A stretch of DNA of 64,000 bases, taken from NCBI GenBank assembly GCA_964016885.1, contig OZ024758.1, positions 39,680,001 to 39,744,000 on the forward strand. The letters are read 5' to 3'. The position numbers and the translations under genes were made by a program. Origin of the DNA: Eledone cirrhosa. Its lineage: Eukaryota. This document shows, in pieces, positions 25,880-39,299 of this stretch; the stretch's first letter is position 1; every line of letters starts with the position of its first letter. The notes under the pieces were generated by a model, which saw only the letters and a program-made list of their open reading frames with translations, was not told the origin of the DNA and did no database searches.

Positions 25880-27220
25880 TGTTTCTAATTATATTGACTA
25901 ATTATATTTATTAATAATATTGAGTAATAATATTGACTAATTATATTGACTAATTATATTGACTAATTATATTGAGTAATAATATTGACTAATTATATTG
26001 ACTAATTATATTGACTAATTATATTGACTAATTATATTGACTTATTATATTGACTAATTATATTTACTAATAGTATTGACTAATAATATTGACTAATTAT
26101 ATTGACTAATTATATTGACTAATTATATTTACTAATTATATTGACTAATTATATTTACTAATTATATTGACTAATTATATTTACTAATAATAGTAACTAA
26201 TTATATGAACTAATAATTGTTTCTACGTTAGGCACAAGGCCAGCAATTACCCAGTACATTACTGGTACTTTATTTTATCGACCCCGTAAGGATGAAAGGC
26301 AAAGTTAACCTCATTAGCTAATTATATTGACTAATTATATTAACTAATAATATTAACTAATATTATCACCTAATAATATTAACTAATAACATTCACTAAT
26401 TATATTAACTAATAATATTAACTAATATTATCAACTAATAATATTCACTAATAATTTAAATAATTTTTACATTAGGCACAAGGCCAGCAATTACCCCAGT
26501 GTATTACTGGTACTTTATTTTATCAACCCCGTAAGGATGAAAGGCAAAGTTAACCTCGGCAGGATTTGAATTAGTTAATATTATTCGGTGGATTGGCAGT
26601 ATCGGTGGAGCGTCGGACGCCATGCTTTGATGCATAGAGTTATATAATTAGTATATATTATTAGTTAATATTATTAGTTAATATAATTAGTTAATATTAT
26701 TAGTTAATATAATTAGTTAATATTATTAGTTAATATTATTAGTTAATATTATTAGTTAATATAATTAGTTAATATTATTAGTTAATATTATTAGTTAATA
26801 TTATTAGTTAATATTATTAGTCAATAATAATATTAATGGCAGTGGATTGGCAGTATCAGTGGAGGGTCGGACGCCATGCTTTGATGCATAGAGTTACGGC
26901 CCTTGCCATTCTGAGTTCAAATCCCACCGAGGTTAACTTTGCCTTTCATCCTTACGGGGTCGATAAAATAAAGTAGCAGTAATTCACTGGGGTAATTGCT
27001 GGCCTTGTGCCTAACGTAGAAACAATTATTAACTAATATTTCTAACTAATAATATTTAGAGATTATTTTAATGGTTTCTGATTTAGATGCAAGGCCAACA
27101 CATTTGGGGAAGGGGTGTTGATTGACCCCAGTGTGTTACTGGTACTTTATTTTATCAACCCAGTAAGGATGAAAGGCAAAGCTTACCTTGATGGGATTTG
27201 AACTCAGAACGTAAAGGGCC
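25880..27220. repeat. SINE/13-bp satellite cluster of duplication unit 2 (shorter than in unit 1)
   Basis: Homologous to 7210-9481 but lacks several SINE copies. Confidence 0.85.
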
Positions 27221-27271
27221 GTAACTGGGTTCAAATCCTACTGAAGTTATAGCTCTGGCTTTCATCCTAAC

Positions 27272-27921
27272 AGGGTTGATAAAGTAAAGTACCAGTAACG
27301 TACTGGGGTTGATGAAGTAAAGTACCTGTAACGTTCTTGGGTTGATAAAGTAAGGTACCAGTAATGTACTGGGGGTTGATAAAGTAAAGTACCAGTAATG
27401 TACTGGGTTTGATAAAGTAAAGTATCAGTAACGTACTGGGGTTGATAAAGTAAAGTACCAGTAATGTACGGGGGTTGATAAAGTAAAGTACCAGTAACGT
27501 ACTGGGGTTGATAAAGTAAAGTACCAGTAATGTACTGGGGTTGATAAAGTAAAGTACCAGTAACGTACTGGGGTTGATAAAGTAAAGTACCAGTAATGTA
27601 CTGGGGTTGATAAAATAAAGTACCAGTAATGTACTGGAGTTGATAAAATAAAGTACTAGTAACGTACTGGGGTTGATAAAGTAAAGTACCAGGAATGTAC
27701 TGGGATTGATAAAGTAAAGTACCAGTAATGTACTGGGGTTGATAAAATAAAGTACCAGTAACGTACTGGGGTTGATAAAGTAAAGTACCAGTAACGTACT
27801 GGGGTTGACAAAATAAAGTACCAGTAATGTACTGGGATTGATAAAATAAAGTACCAGTAATGTACTGGGATTGATAAAATAAAGTACCAGTAATGTACTG
27901 GGGTTGATAAAATAAAGTACC
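27272..27921. repeat. 33-bp SINE-derived minisatellite (~20 copies)
   Basis: Same unit as 3997-4214. Confidence 0.93.
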
Positions 27922-27964
27922 TGGACTGGTGAGAGATAAAAGCTGAGATATGAAAATAACTAAC

Positions 27965-28102
27965 CTTTCTGACAACTGTTTCCTTCATAACCTGGAGCAC
28001 ATCTACCCCTTGAACAGATCCCTAATTCCACATTACACCTGTTGTTATCTTCACAATGACACACCTGATCACAGTTGGCACCAAGTCTTCCACTACTGCA
28101 CA
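27965..28102 (-). CDS. EGF-like repeat exon, copy 3
   Basis: Identical to 4258-4395 with intact AG/GT splice sites. Confidence 0.85.
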
Positions 28103-29615
28103 CTGTAACAGGAAAACATTGGTGTAGATCAGGGATTGCCAACTTCTTTGCCTCCATGGGCCGGACGAACGCCATAAAAGAATAATTATGGAAAATTACA
28201 CAAGCTAAAATTTTTATCTCGAGTGTCGACTATACTATTCATTTCTCAAATCTTGAATTATATTCACAAATACCTCTGAATCCTGTGATTTCCCTCCTTG
28301 AAATGATGGAAAATGCACATAATTTTTATTTCAAAGTTGATGTTCCCACAACTGTAGCTTTTTTTCAAAGGCAACAATATGGTTATACATTTCATTTACG
28401 AGCTGAGTTTTACCTTGAAGTTGTAAATTTAAGTTATTTAACCCTTTAGCACTTACATTACTCTATATTTACTATTGTAATGTCACAGTAAACACTTTAT
28501 CTTATATAGTTATCTCACATAATATTGAATCTATGAGATTTTGATAATATTTATTTTGAGAAGAATACCTTAACGTCAGTATGAGTGGCTAGTTACAGCC
28601 GGTTTGAACAGAAAAAAGTGAGAGATTTCTGGCCGGATATGGCCGGTTTAAATGCTAAAGGGTTAAACGAGTCACAATATCCTCAATAAATACCAAAGTT
28701 GTAACAGCAGGCCTTTTATTGTATTCGAAAGGAATAATACGTATTATTCTTTTATAATCTTTTATAATCTCTATAATTGTATTATTCTTTATCGAAAGGT
28801 TGTGAGTTCAATTCTCCGACCGGTTAATGTGTTGTTTCCTTGAGCAAGACACTTTATTTCAAATTGCTCCAGTTTACTCAGCTGTAGAAATGAGATGATA
28901 GGGACTGGAGTCCCTATCATTCCACTGTAAAGTGGTCGTAGAGGTGCCACGGCAAAAAATCACCCAGCACTCACTGTAAATGAGGTTGGTTTTAGGAAGG
29001 GCATCAAGCTGTAGAAATCAAGCCAGAATCAGTTCCTGTCCCACTCTTGCAAGCAGGGAAAAGGGGACGTAAAATGAAATGATTTCATAATTCAGGGGTT
29101 GATAAAATATAGTACCAGTGATATCCTGGGGTTGATTTAATAGAATAGCTTAACACACACTCACATATATATATATATCTACTAACCAAAGTATCGCGTG
29201 ATCTGGTGCGTTATGGTCCACTTCGTTCCTTACCATACTTCCTACCACACACACACATATATAGATATATACTTATAAATATATACAGAATAAGGAGCAG
29301 GTATTACAATAACCTGGGGTTCAAGGGCCCTCACCTCTTCAACAAGCTGCCAAGGAATTTGAGAGATCTGCATGGTGTGGACGTGGATGTTTTCAAGGAA
29401 CATCTCGACACCCTGTTACCAGGATCCTGGATGAGCCCACAGCATGGTTCGAAGGTAACCTAAGGGCAGCAACAACGAACCCCCTCTTTGCCGAATGGCC
29501 AACCAACACAGGTTGGAGAAAGAATGTGTAACAAGGGCATGCCCCAGCATGGCCTCAACTGGATCGCTGGAACACGTTAAAAGAGTAAAAGAGAATATAT
29601 ATATATATATACATA

Positions 29616-29920
29616 TAATGTAGGAGGTGAGTTTTATTGTAGTACAATAAAGCAATGCAGATATCGGATAAGAAGCACTCTACAGTTTGTAGGACTGGAG
29701 TATACATAATATAAGATCAAAAGATGGTTAAAGGAGTTCCATGTATTTTATTATGCGAATTTAAAACTGCACTATCCACAAGTGTTTTTTTAGCCTTCAT
29801 ATCATGTTCTCCTGTTTTATCTGATGAAAACACAAATATTATTGCATGATGATGTTTGTTTTTGAAATGCGCATAATAAAATACATGGAACTCCTTTAAC
29901 CATCTTTTGATCTTATATTA
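29616..29920. mobile_element. Hammerhead mini-element, family B (duplicate of 11973-12277)
   Basis: Same inverted junction TATGCG/AATTTAAAAC. Confidence 0.8.
29806..29891 (+). ncRNA. Type-I hammerhead ribozyme, family B
   Basis: CTGATGA at 29821-29827, GAAA at 29864-29867, stem II ACAAAUAUUAUU/GAUGAUGUUUGU. Confidence 0.82.
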
Positions 29921-30469
29921 TATATACATATATATATATTTATATTTATATTTCTGGCTGTCGATGGTCCTATTCAGGCCACTGGGATGACGTTGTTCAA
30001 CGAGTGTATTTTTAAAAAAATGCAACACGTGGTTCAAATCATTCGCAGATTTGCATTTGCTGTGTAAACGCAGATGGTTATTTTTCTTCTCATTTGGTGA
30101 ACATCCAAGAATTTAACTGCTGTGATTTACGGATTAATAGGTGAAATATATTTCTTACTTAAAGAAATATATACAAAGGAGATTAATCATTTTAAAAGGT
30201 ATCTATATTTGAAGTTCTAGTCAAGCTTTAATTAGTTACCTACCTAGCTATGTGTGCCTACATTCTTTACAAATTATTCCCTGTGATTGTTTCATGTATT
30301 TATTATATATATATATATATATATGTCAATCTATTTCTAGTTGATATGTAATGCTCGGATCTAATCTTTCAGCTTATTCTACGCATGGTGCATGTCTCTC
30401 AGACATGACAACCCTTAATTTTAATTTTGGATATATATATATATACATATATGTATATATATATATATA

Positions 30470-30529
<60 letters not shown>

Positions 30530-30637
30530 AGAGTACTCAATACTTAGGGTAGAAGAGTGGGTAATAGGAAAAGAGCCAGGAACCCAACAGCTGAGCTCCG
30601 GCCAGAGATCAGCAGTTGGGGTCCTGACTCTTTTCCT

Positions 30638-30682
<45 letters not shown>

Positions 30683-30834
30683 TAAATGGAAACTATATTT
30701 ATAAAACCATATTTATTTTATTATACATATTTCAAGGGCAACCAAGGCAAACTGTTGAGTGCTTTATATCAGTTATAAAAATGTTTAAGCTTATTGAATC
30801 CCAACAAATTAAATATAACCTCTTTTATAATTGA

Positions 30835-31020
30835 TAATACACTCAGTGCTCCTGTGGGAGCCCCTACATGGCCACACTGGAAGAGGAAGACCAAGGTTAA
30901 CATATGTTGATGCCCTAAGGACAGACACTGGTCTGTTGGAGACGCGGGACATGGCAGTGATAATGAGGGACAGAGACCGCTGGAGAGAACTCGTCCATGG
31001 ATCTCGGAAATTTTACCCGC
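30835..31020 (+). mobile_element. RTE-clade LINE 3' fragment
   Basis: LLWEPLHGHTGRGRPRLTYVDAL...MRDRDRWR, a typical RTE ORF C-terminus. Confidence 0.75.
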
Positions 31021-31135
31021 CCTAGAATAGAATATATATATATATATAAATGGAAAAAATGAAATTTCATTTCTCACCCTTATATATATGTATGTATATG
31101 TATATATATATATATATATGCACACACATATATGT

Positions 31136-32118
31136 ATCATCATCATCATCATCATCACCGTTTTACGTCCGTTCTTCCACGCTAGAATGGGTTAGACGGG
31201 TTGTCCTATTGTGTGCAGTGTCTGGTCGGCTGATACAGGATCTGCCTTGCTCATACAGGAACTGATTTTGGCTTGATTTCTACAGCTGGATGCCCTTCCT
31301 AACACCAACCTCATTTACAGTGAGTGCTGGGTGCTTTTTCGTGGCGCCTACACGTCCACTTTACAGTGTGGGCTGGGTGCTTTTTTGCTGTGGCACCTCC
31401 ACGACCACCTTACAGTGGGAGGGTGTGGGGGCATATTGTCTATATGCATCAGCTTGTACCCATGGGAGGTCGGGTACTCTGTATTACTGCGTGACGCCAG
31501 AAGTCATCGCCTTTGAGAGGTGTAATTGGGTAAGGTCGGCTTTTATCACCTCATCCCAGGTCTTCTTGGGTCTCCCCACTCCGCGGTTTCCATCGACTTC
31601 TAGTGCTCTGCACCTTTTTATGCAGCTGTCATCCTTCATACGCATCACATGTCCATACCAGCGCAACCGCCTCTCTTGCACACAGCATTTGATTCCTCTT
31701 TTGCTCAGTCTCTCTCTCAGTTCATTTATGCTTTGTCGTTCACGTATATTACTATTACACATCCATCGGAGCATGCAGGCTTTGTTTCTCTCTAATCTAC
31801 GTAAGTCTTCCACCTTCAGCGCCCAGGTCTCACTACCATGCAACATTGCTGTTCGGATACACGCATCATACAGTCTGCCTTTCATTTTGAGGCTAGCATT
31901 TTGCAGCTAGCAGTGGCAGTAGCTCCCTGAACTTCTTCCATCCCGTTCTTACCCTAGTTATTGTACTTTCCGAACACCCACCTCCGCTGCTAATTCGGTC
32001 ACCTAGGTAACAGAAGCTGTCTACTGTTTCTACAGGGCCCTCCCAGAGATTGGTGGTACTTCTTTCCTTTGGCAGTTTGCTGCTTGCTGTCTCAGCACAG
32101 CTGCTGCATGTGAAGCCT
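31136..32118 (-). mobile_element. 5'-truncated RTE (BovB-like) LINE with 3' UTR and (GAT)n tail
   Basis: VDSFCYLG...RVRTGWKKFREL (frameshift) KGRLYDACIRTAMLHGSETW...RRLRWYGHV...GRPKKTW. A second tail fragment lies at 32425-32580. Confidence 0.9.
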
Positions 32119-32145
32119 AAATGTATGTATATATATACATATATG

Positions 32146-32197
<52 letters not shown>

Positions 32198-32273
32198 TAT
32201 ATGTATGTATATATATATAAAACATATTATAAAATAAGAAGAAATATTAGACATAAATTTTTATGTACCTCTC

Positions 32274-32333
<60 letters not shown>

Positions 32334-32595
32334 GAGAGGTACACAAAAATTTATGTCTAATATTTATATATATATATTTATATATACAGATAGATATATA
32401 TAGGTGTATATATATATATATATGTCATCATCATCATCACCATTTTACGTCGATTCTTCCACGCTAGCATGGGTTAGACAGATTGTCCTGTTGTGGGCAA
32501 TTTTAGGTCGTCTGACTTTGTCTTGCTCATATGGGAACTGATTCTAGCTTCATTTCTATAGCTGGATGCCCTTCCTATCACACAGACACACACAC

Positions 32596-32651
<56 letters not shown>

Positions 32652-33771
32652 TATGTGTGTATGTATGTGTTATGTATATAAACAATATATATATATATAT
32701 ATACACACACATACATATATAGCAATATGTATGTAAACAACGCTAGAAGTACCAAATAAATCTATATCCTGTTTCTTTATATTGTTGTGATAAAATAGTT
32801 TATTTTACTAAATAGGAAATGTGATAAAAACTGTACACCCTACCTGGCAATTTCTAGCTTTAGTACATTTGTACGTAAAGATATATTGTAATTTCAGTTA
32901 CAGTAAGTTAATCTATAAACTGTAATTCGTATCTCTGCAAAATGTTATTACAAAATATGTTTTATTAAGAAAGTTATAAGAACATTTAGTGAGGGGCCCT
33001 CTAGTCTAGATTACTATCATAAATTTTACAGTGAAAGGGAGATAATAGCAAATCGAAGGCTTTAAAGATTTATTCCCCTTTGTTAAACGTTTCAGTCTGT
33101 GTGGTAAATACAAATGCTAGAAATGGCAGCCAAATAATAAAAATATGTAACGTGGAAAATGTTAGAAATAGCAGCTAAATAAGCTCTAAATTTTCATATG
33201 TATGTTAACATGCATGTGATAAAAATATATTTCTAGACGTATATCATATCATATATATTTTTAGCGGTCTTTTGGTCTATTCACCACCATGGGCTATAAA
33301 ACATCTTTTCTCTACACCGTGTGTGTTTTCTTAGTTATCTAATATATTTTTAGAAGTGTTGATCATATTGATAGGTATCCGCCGATGAGCTACCTCTACA
33401 ATATATATTCTTCACTTTTATAGCGAAACATACTCTCATTTGAGCATGTCTGGATGTTATAGTTATAAATAGATGGTTAGTACACTTTAATATATTATTT
33501 TAATTGATTTGTATCCAGTATTACTTCCATAGTTAATATGTTCGTCACTCTGGTGGTTTTTAATCTTCTATAATTGAACACATATCTCTATGTGTACTTC
33601 TCTCTATATGGTGATTTATAAAAAACCCGGAATCTAATCCTTGAGCTCATTAAATTATAGGGGATTAATGTGAGTCTTAAACAAAAATATATCATACACA
33701 AGAGATGTCAACATGAATGGACCTGATATCTAAAGATATTTTTTCCAATTCCATCCTGCCCGTCCCTTCAA

Positions 33772-33807
33772 TCTTCTGATGAAAGACTAGCGTCCGAAAC
33801 GTTAAGA
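33772..33807 (+). ncRNA. Minimal hammerhead motif, family E (probably degenerate)
   Basis: UCUU-CUGAUGA-AAGAC-UAGC-GUCC-GAAACGUU^AAGA. Stem I UCUU/AAGA, palindromic AACGUU; the base of stem II is imperfect. Confidence 0.55.
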
Positions 33808-34187
33808 CCCTCTTCCTGCTATTTCAAGCATTAACCTAATATATTCCTTCCATATACTGTACTGATTGTATTGTTATTTCTGTTTACCCTTTACATACAT
33901 ATATATATATATAAAATGGAAAAACTTGGTGTTTAAACAGCAAAATACCGTCAAAGCTGTGTTGGGTAAAACATTACCTCGAAGGACAGAAGTCAGCAAC
34001 TTGATGTGAGTTGACTCAAAGAAATGATCGGAAGGAAGAAATAGAATGGGTGAGAGGAGGTCACAAATATTAAAATACATTCATCATATCTCAGACCACC
34101 TGCAGTTTCAATGATTTATCTGAGATGACTGCGAAGAATGAGAGGCTCGTAACAACAGAGAAATAAATATCTTTGTTGGTACCCATT

Positions 34188-35240
34188 CTATTTCTTCCTT
34201 CCTATCATTTCTTCACTATATTTATTGTTAATTCTCACCTTGCTCACCGTTTCTTTATACATGGCTCTCACATGCCATTCATCTACTCCTAGTTTTCTAA
34301 GGGTCCACCAGAAAATGTAGCTGAGGACTCTGTCTAAGGCTTTCTTCAAGTCAACGAAAGCTAAGTATAGGGGTTTACTTTTAGCTAGGTACTTCTCCTG
34401 TAGTTGTCGTACAAGGAAAAGAGTGTCTGTGGTACTTTTACCTGACACAAACCAAAACTGCATTTCATCTAGATCAATTCTGTCTCTGATTAGTTGTGCA
34501 ATAACTCTTTCTGTGACCTTCATGACCTGGTCAACTACCTTAATGCCTCTATAGTTTCCCCTATCTAGGGCATCTCTTTTAACCTTGTAGCAGTTAACGA
34601 TGATGCTGCTATGCCAGTCATTTGGTATGACCCCATTCTGTATTACTTGGTTTACTGTCTGGGTGACCATAGTATGTCCCACCATTCCAGATGCTTTCAA
34701 CATCTCAGCAACTATCTCCGAAGGCCCAGCTGCCTTGCCTGCCTTCATATCTTTGATTGCCTTACTTATTATACTACCTTCAACTTGCACTGCTGGTCCC
34801 TCTATTGGATCAATTTGGGGAAGACTATCTTTTCCCCATTTATTCTCCTCATTTAGTAGCCTCCCGTAGTGACACTTCTGAGCTATCTTCTTATCAGTAA
34901 AAGTGAGGGCAAGTACACCATTATCATTAAGGACACACTTCTCCCTGACAGTATCACGATTTTCCTTGACACATTGTTTAGCAATCCTGAACACCTCAGG
35001 TTTTTGGTCCTCGTGTTGTAGAAAATGCTTGAACTTTCTATCCCCTGCTTCCCTTCTTGCAAGGTACACTTGTCTCCTAGATTCTCTCCTAGCCACTTGA
35101 TAGTGTTCTCTACTTCCCCCATCCCACCATACTACTCCACCCAGCCCATTGTCATTTCCCACCCAGAAAGGTTTATAACATCGTTTTTTACCCACAATGA
35201 ATCTAGCAGACCAGCCCCTCCATCTAGTCTCTTGAACACA
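34188..35240 (-). mobile_element. RTE LINE internal fragment (linker plus N-terminal half of RT)
   Basis: MKAGKAAGPSEIVAEML, IPNDWHSS, NYRGIK, QFWFVSGKSTTD, AFVDLKKALDRV; degenerate. Confidence 0.88.
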
Positions 35241-35288
35241 AATATATATATATAGATGATCTCTCTCTCTCTATATATATATATATAA

Positions 35289-35320
<32 letters not shown>

Positions 35321-35352
35321 GATGATCTCTCTCTCTATATATATATATATAA

Positions 35353-35386
<34 letters not shown>

Positions 35387-35668
35387 GATGATCTCTCTCT
35401 CTCTATATATATATATAATCTCTCTCTCTCTCTATATATATATAGATGATCTCTCTCTCTATATATATATATATATAATCTCACTCTCTCTCTCTCTATA
35501 TATATATATAGATCATCTCTTTCTCTCTCTATATATATATATAATCTCACTCTCTCTCTCTCTATATATATATATATAGATCATCTCTTTCTCTCTCTAT
35601 ATATATAATCTCTCTCTCTCTATATATATATATATAATCTATATATATATATATAGAGAGAGAGTGAG

Positions 35669-35718
<50 letters not shown>

Positions 35719-35870
35719 CTATATATATATATATAATCTATCTATATATATTATCTCTCTCTCTCTATATATATATATAAGATCTCTCTCTCTCTATATA
35801 TATATATAAGATCTCTCTCTCTATATATATATATATAACCTCTCTCTCTCTCTATATATATATATATACT
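35241..35870. repeat. Compound (CT)n/(TA)n microsatellite
   Basis: Alternating ATCTCTCT... and TATATA... blocks. Confidence 0.9.
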
Positions 35871-37439
35871 ACATACATACACTATAATGTTGTCCAAAGG
35901 AATGGCTGAAACAGGTTGACACCAATGATGTCACAGCTCATCATTTAATATCCAATCTGATGAGTCCACTCCGGTTGCTAAGGTCTGGGAAGTTGAGTTT
36001 GTTACAAAAAAATCACTAAAACCAAGATACAGGGTTGGTATAACTACCTGGTTTGTATGTGGTGTGGTGTGGTATGGTGTATGTCTGTTGTGTGGGATGT
36101 GGTGTGTGTGTGCAGAGTGATGTGGTTTTGTGTGTGTGTAGTATATAGAGGACATTTTACAAACATAGGACCTGTGTGTGGACTCTACCCTCTACAAGCC
36201 TCTCAGGAATGGGTAAAGATAAAGAGAAGAAAGTTGTAAAGTATTTTCAAATGTTAATTTTTTAAAAAGTCCTAATTTGAACTGTCATGACCGTACCATC
36301 CAACAAATATTAAAGTTGTAAAATTGTTTTTATTTAAACATAAATGTGGATATTTTGTCACAAATATGAATATAAACCAGTTGAGGTTTATAAAATAAAT
36401 ACATTCATCTTTTGTTTTGTTTTTCTTGCACTGATGGAGTCATAGGGGTGTCACTGTGGACATTTGAAGCTTGGTGGAGCCCTTCACTCACCAGGGTGGA
36501 ACAGTTGATTACTTCTTGAGAAGGAGAGAGAATAAGAGAGAGGAAGTGAGAAAGAAATATAGGGAGGAAGAACAGACCCCAGTGGTAGACTGGTACTTTT
36601 TTCTTATCAACCTTGAATGGATGAAAGGCAAAGTTGACCTCAGCAGGATTTAAACTCAGAGCTGAGAACCAGAACAAATATGGCAGAAAGCATTCTATCT
36701 ATTGTTTTATAGACTTTAAATAACTGTTTCTACTTTTAACTCAAGGCCACAATTGGATGGGAAGGAGAAAGTTGATTAAATCAACCCCAGTAGATTACTG
36801 GTACTTTATTTTACTGAACCTCTGAGCAAGAAAAGTAAAGCTAACCTCAGCAAGATTTTAATACAGAATGTAAAGGGATGTAACTATATGACACAAAGCA
36901 TATCGTCTGACACTCTACTGATTCTGCCAATACACCACCCTCAACAATGAGGTGTCTCTATAAGAAACCTTAATGACAAATAATATGAAGTAGAACTTCC
37001 TCCAGAGAGTATTTGTGGATTACAGTACAAAACCTCTGAGAATGATTTCCAACATATTTCACCATAATAAATGTTCATTAATATATATTATTATCATTAT
37101 CATTTATTAAGTCGGTGGATTGGCCAGAACAATTCTACTCTCCTTTTTTAGATGTCACAATCTTTCATGGCATTCCTGAGATCATTAATCTCCAGCTGGA
37201 CATCCAGAGACATCTGATCTATGTAGGTCAATCTCAGTCATCCCACTCGGGTCTTACTATGTTTAGGTATCCACCACAGGAGCCAGCTCATCAGGTCATC
37301 TTACACTCAATAGCAATGCCCAGCATATATTGTCCTCTGCTCCCTAGTTATTGTGGTAATCTTCGATATATGGGAGTATATTTCTTCCGCTTGAGTGAGG
37401 TATACACATATATATGTTGAAATGTATAAGAGAAGGATT

Positions 37440-37970
37440 TCATATTTCACATGAATAAGGTTTGTCTCCGTTATGTGTTCTTCTATATCTTTTCAAGACA
37501 CAGCTCAAGGCAAAATATTTGCCACATGTTTCACAGTGGAAGGGTTTCTCTCCAGTGTGTATTGTCATATGTCTTTTCAAGTCACCACTCAATGCAAAAG
37601 ATTTCCCCCATATTCCACAATGGTAGGGTTTTTCTCCAGTATGACTCCACATGTGGATGACAAGATTAGAATTATAAGTAAAATATTCCTCACATATTTT
37701 ACAGTGGAAGGGTTTTTCTCCAGTGTGTATTCTTTTCTGTTCTACAAGGTTAAAACCACGAGAAAAAGATTTCCCACATATTTCACAATGGTAAGGTTTT
37801 TCTCCAGTATGACTTCGCATGTGGATGACAAGTTTAGAATTATCAGTGGAAGATTTCCCACATATTTCACACTGGAAGGGTTTTTCTCCAGTGTGCATTC
37901 TTTTGTGTGAGGTTAGATTCAGTTTTGAAGGGAAAGTTTTCCTGTAAATCTCACAGCTATATTCAGACAT
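37440..37970 (-). pseudogene. Decayed tandem C2H2 zinc-finger gene
   Basis: Seven fingers with TGEKP linkers. Zinc ligands lost in F1 (C>Y), F3 (H>Q), F5 (C>W) and F6 (H>Y); F7 has TGA in place of its second Cys. Confidence 0.85.
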
Positions 37971-38215
37971 ATTTCTAGCTAGTGATCTTTACATAAAGGA
38001 TTCTCACTAATTTTACATATATATTAAGAAATATAGATATCGTTAATATATGTTATGTAGTCTAATATACAAAGGGTCCATAAAAGACTGCAGATCTCCG
38101 CTTTCTTCTTCTAAAAAGTTGTAATGTAGCATTCAGTTTGTACAAGTAATAAGACATATGACAGCCCAAGACTGATTTTCGACGAAGAAAATTCAAGCAT
38201 ATATTATATAATTCA

Positions 38216-38249
<34 letters not shown>

Positions 38250-39299
38250 GAGGGGGGTAGAGAGACGTGTGTGTGTGTTTAGAAATATGTGTGTAGGTGT
38301 TGTAATAAATCAAGATATTTCACTTCAGATAGAAAAGTTCACAATGTTTGTGTTATGGTAGAAAAGGAAATAATACGTACTTTAGTTCTCAAGACCAAAT
38401 ATAAAGTCAAGAAAAGTTAGTAAAAACTAAATGTTCACTGATTTCTGATTAAAATAATATTTTCCTGTCCCGTAAAATGTTGAACAACCACTTCAATATT
38501 TAATGATACAGGTGATAAAACAACAACTATAAGGTAAATAAGTCACCTTATGTTATTTATAAACATTAACGTCCACCTTAATATGAAATAATCATCATAA
38601 AAGAGGAAGCGAGGGCATCGGCTACCGGCACCCGGGCTGCTCTTGGGATCCTGAGTGAGATCTTTCGCCACCACCTGAGCCAAGCGATGTTGACCAGCGA
38701 GGCTTGGGTGTCAGGCAAGCTCGTTGTCTCATCTGGTGGTGTGCTACATGACCGTGGCTGAGCAGACAAGGTGAAGAGACAGTTTCAGCTTCTCCACGCT
38801 GTGAGGGCACTGGAGGTTTGACGCGTCAAGCTAACACAGGTGAGATGGTGGAAGCAGCTGCACCCCATAAGTTCCGGCCCTTCTCCCGTCTATTCGTGGT
38901 GCTGCAGGTGTCGACTGCAGGGGATGGAGGATTGGGGGGGGGGACTGGGGCATGAAGCAGCATCAGGGGTGAGTGGCTGGTCGTCACCAGCCTAGGTGCT
39001 AGGCAGAACTGTGTGGGTGGAAGGGAAAATGCTGATAAGAGGGCCTCATAGCTCACTTACATCAGATATGGAGGCGTCAGAAGACAAGAGAGAAAAGAAA
39101 GGGTTGCATGGAGGGGGGGGGGGGTACCCAAGATAGAATGTTAGCAAATAAATAAATGAATGGATGAATGTACAAAAAAGATAACAGGGGGTTGTTCCCA
39201 GTGGAAAGACCCAGATTTCAGCACGCACACATGCGAGCATGTTAGCAGTTTCTCATAGAACCTTGTGGCTAAAGGTGAGTCTTTCAATCCTGAAAACAT

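Larger units (their letters stand above)
3945..30823. repeat. Tandem segmental duplication, three units (3945-9481; 9482-27220 including the 12.3-kb PLE; 27221-30823 partial)
   Basis: Co-linear, near-identical sequence starting GTAACTGGGTTCAAATCCTACTGAAG at 3945, 9482 and 27221. Each unit carries the 33-bp array, EGF exon, SINE, LINE fragment and hairpin. Confidence 0.95.

Noticed and set aside
35957-35970. CTGATGAGTCC (and CTGATGAG at ~40712) as a hammerhead core
   Set aside because: No closing stem II, GAAA or NUH with a complementary stem I downstream.
37440-37442. TGA at a zinc-finger Cys position as selenocysteine
   Set aside because: Four other fingers have lost ligands and the frame does not continue as a finger; simple decay is more likely.
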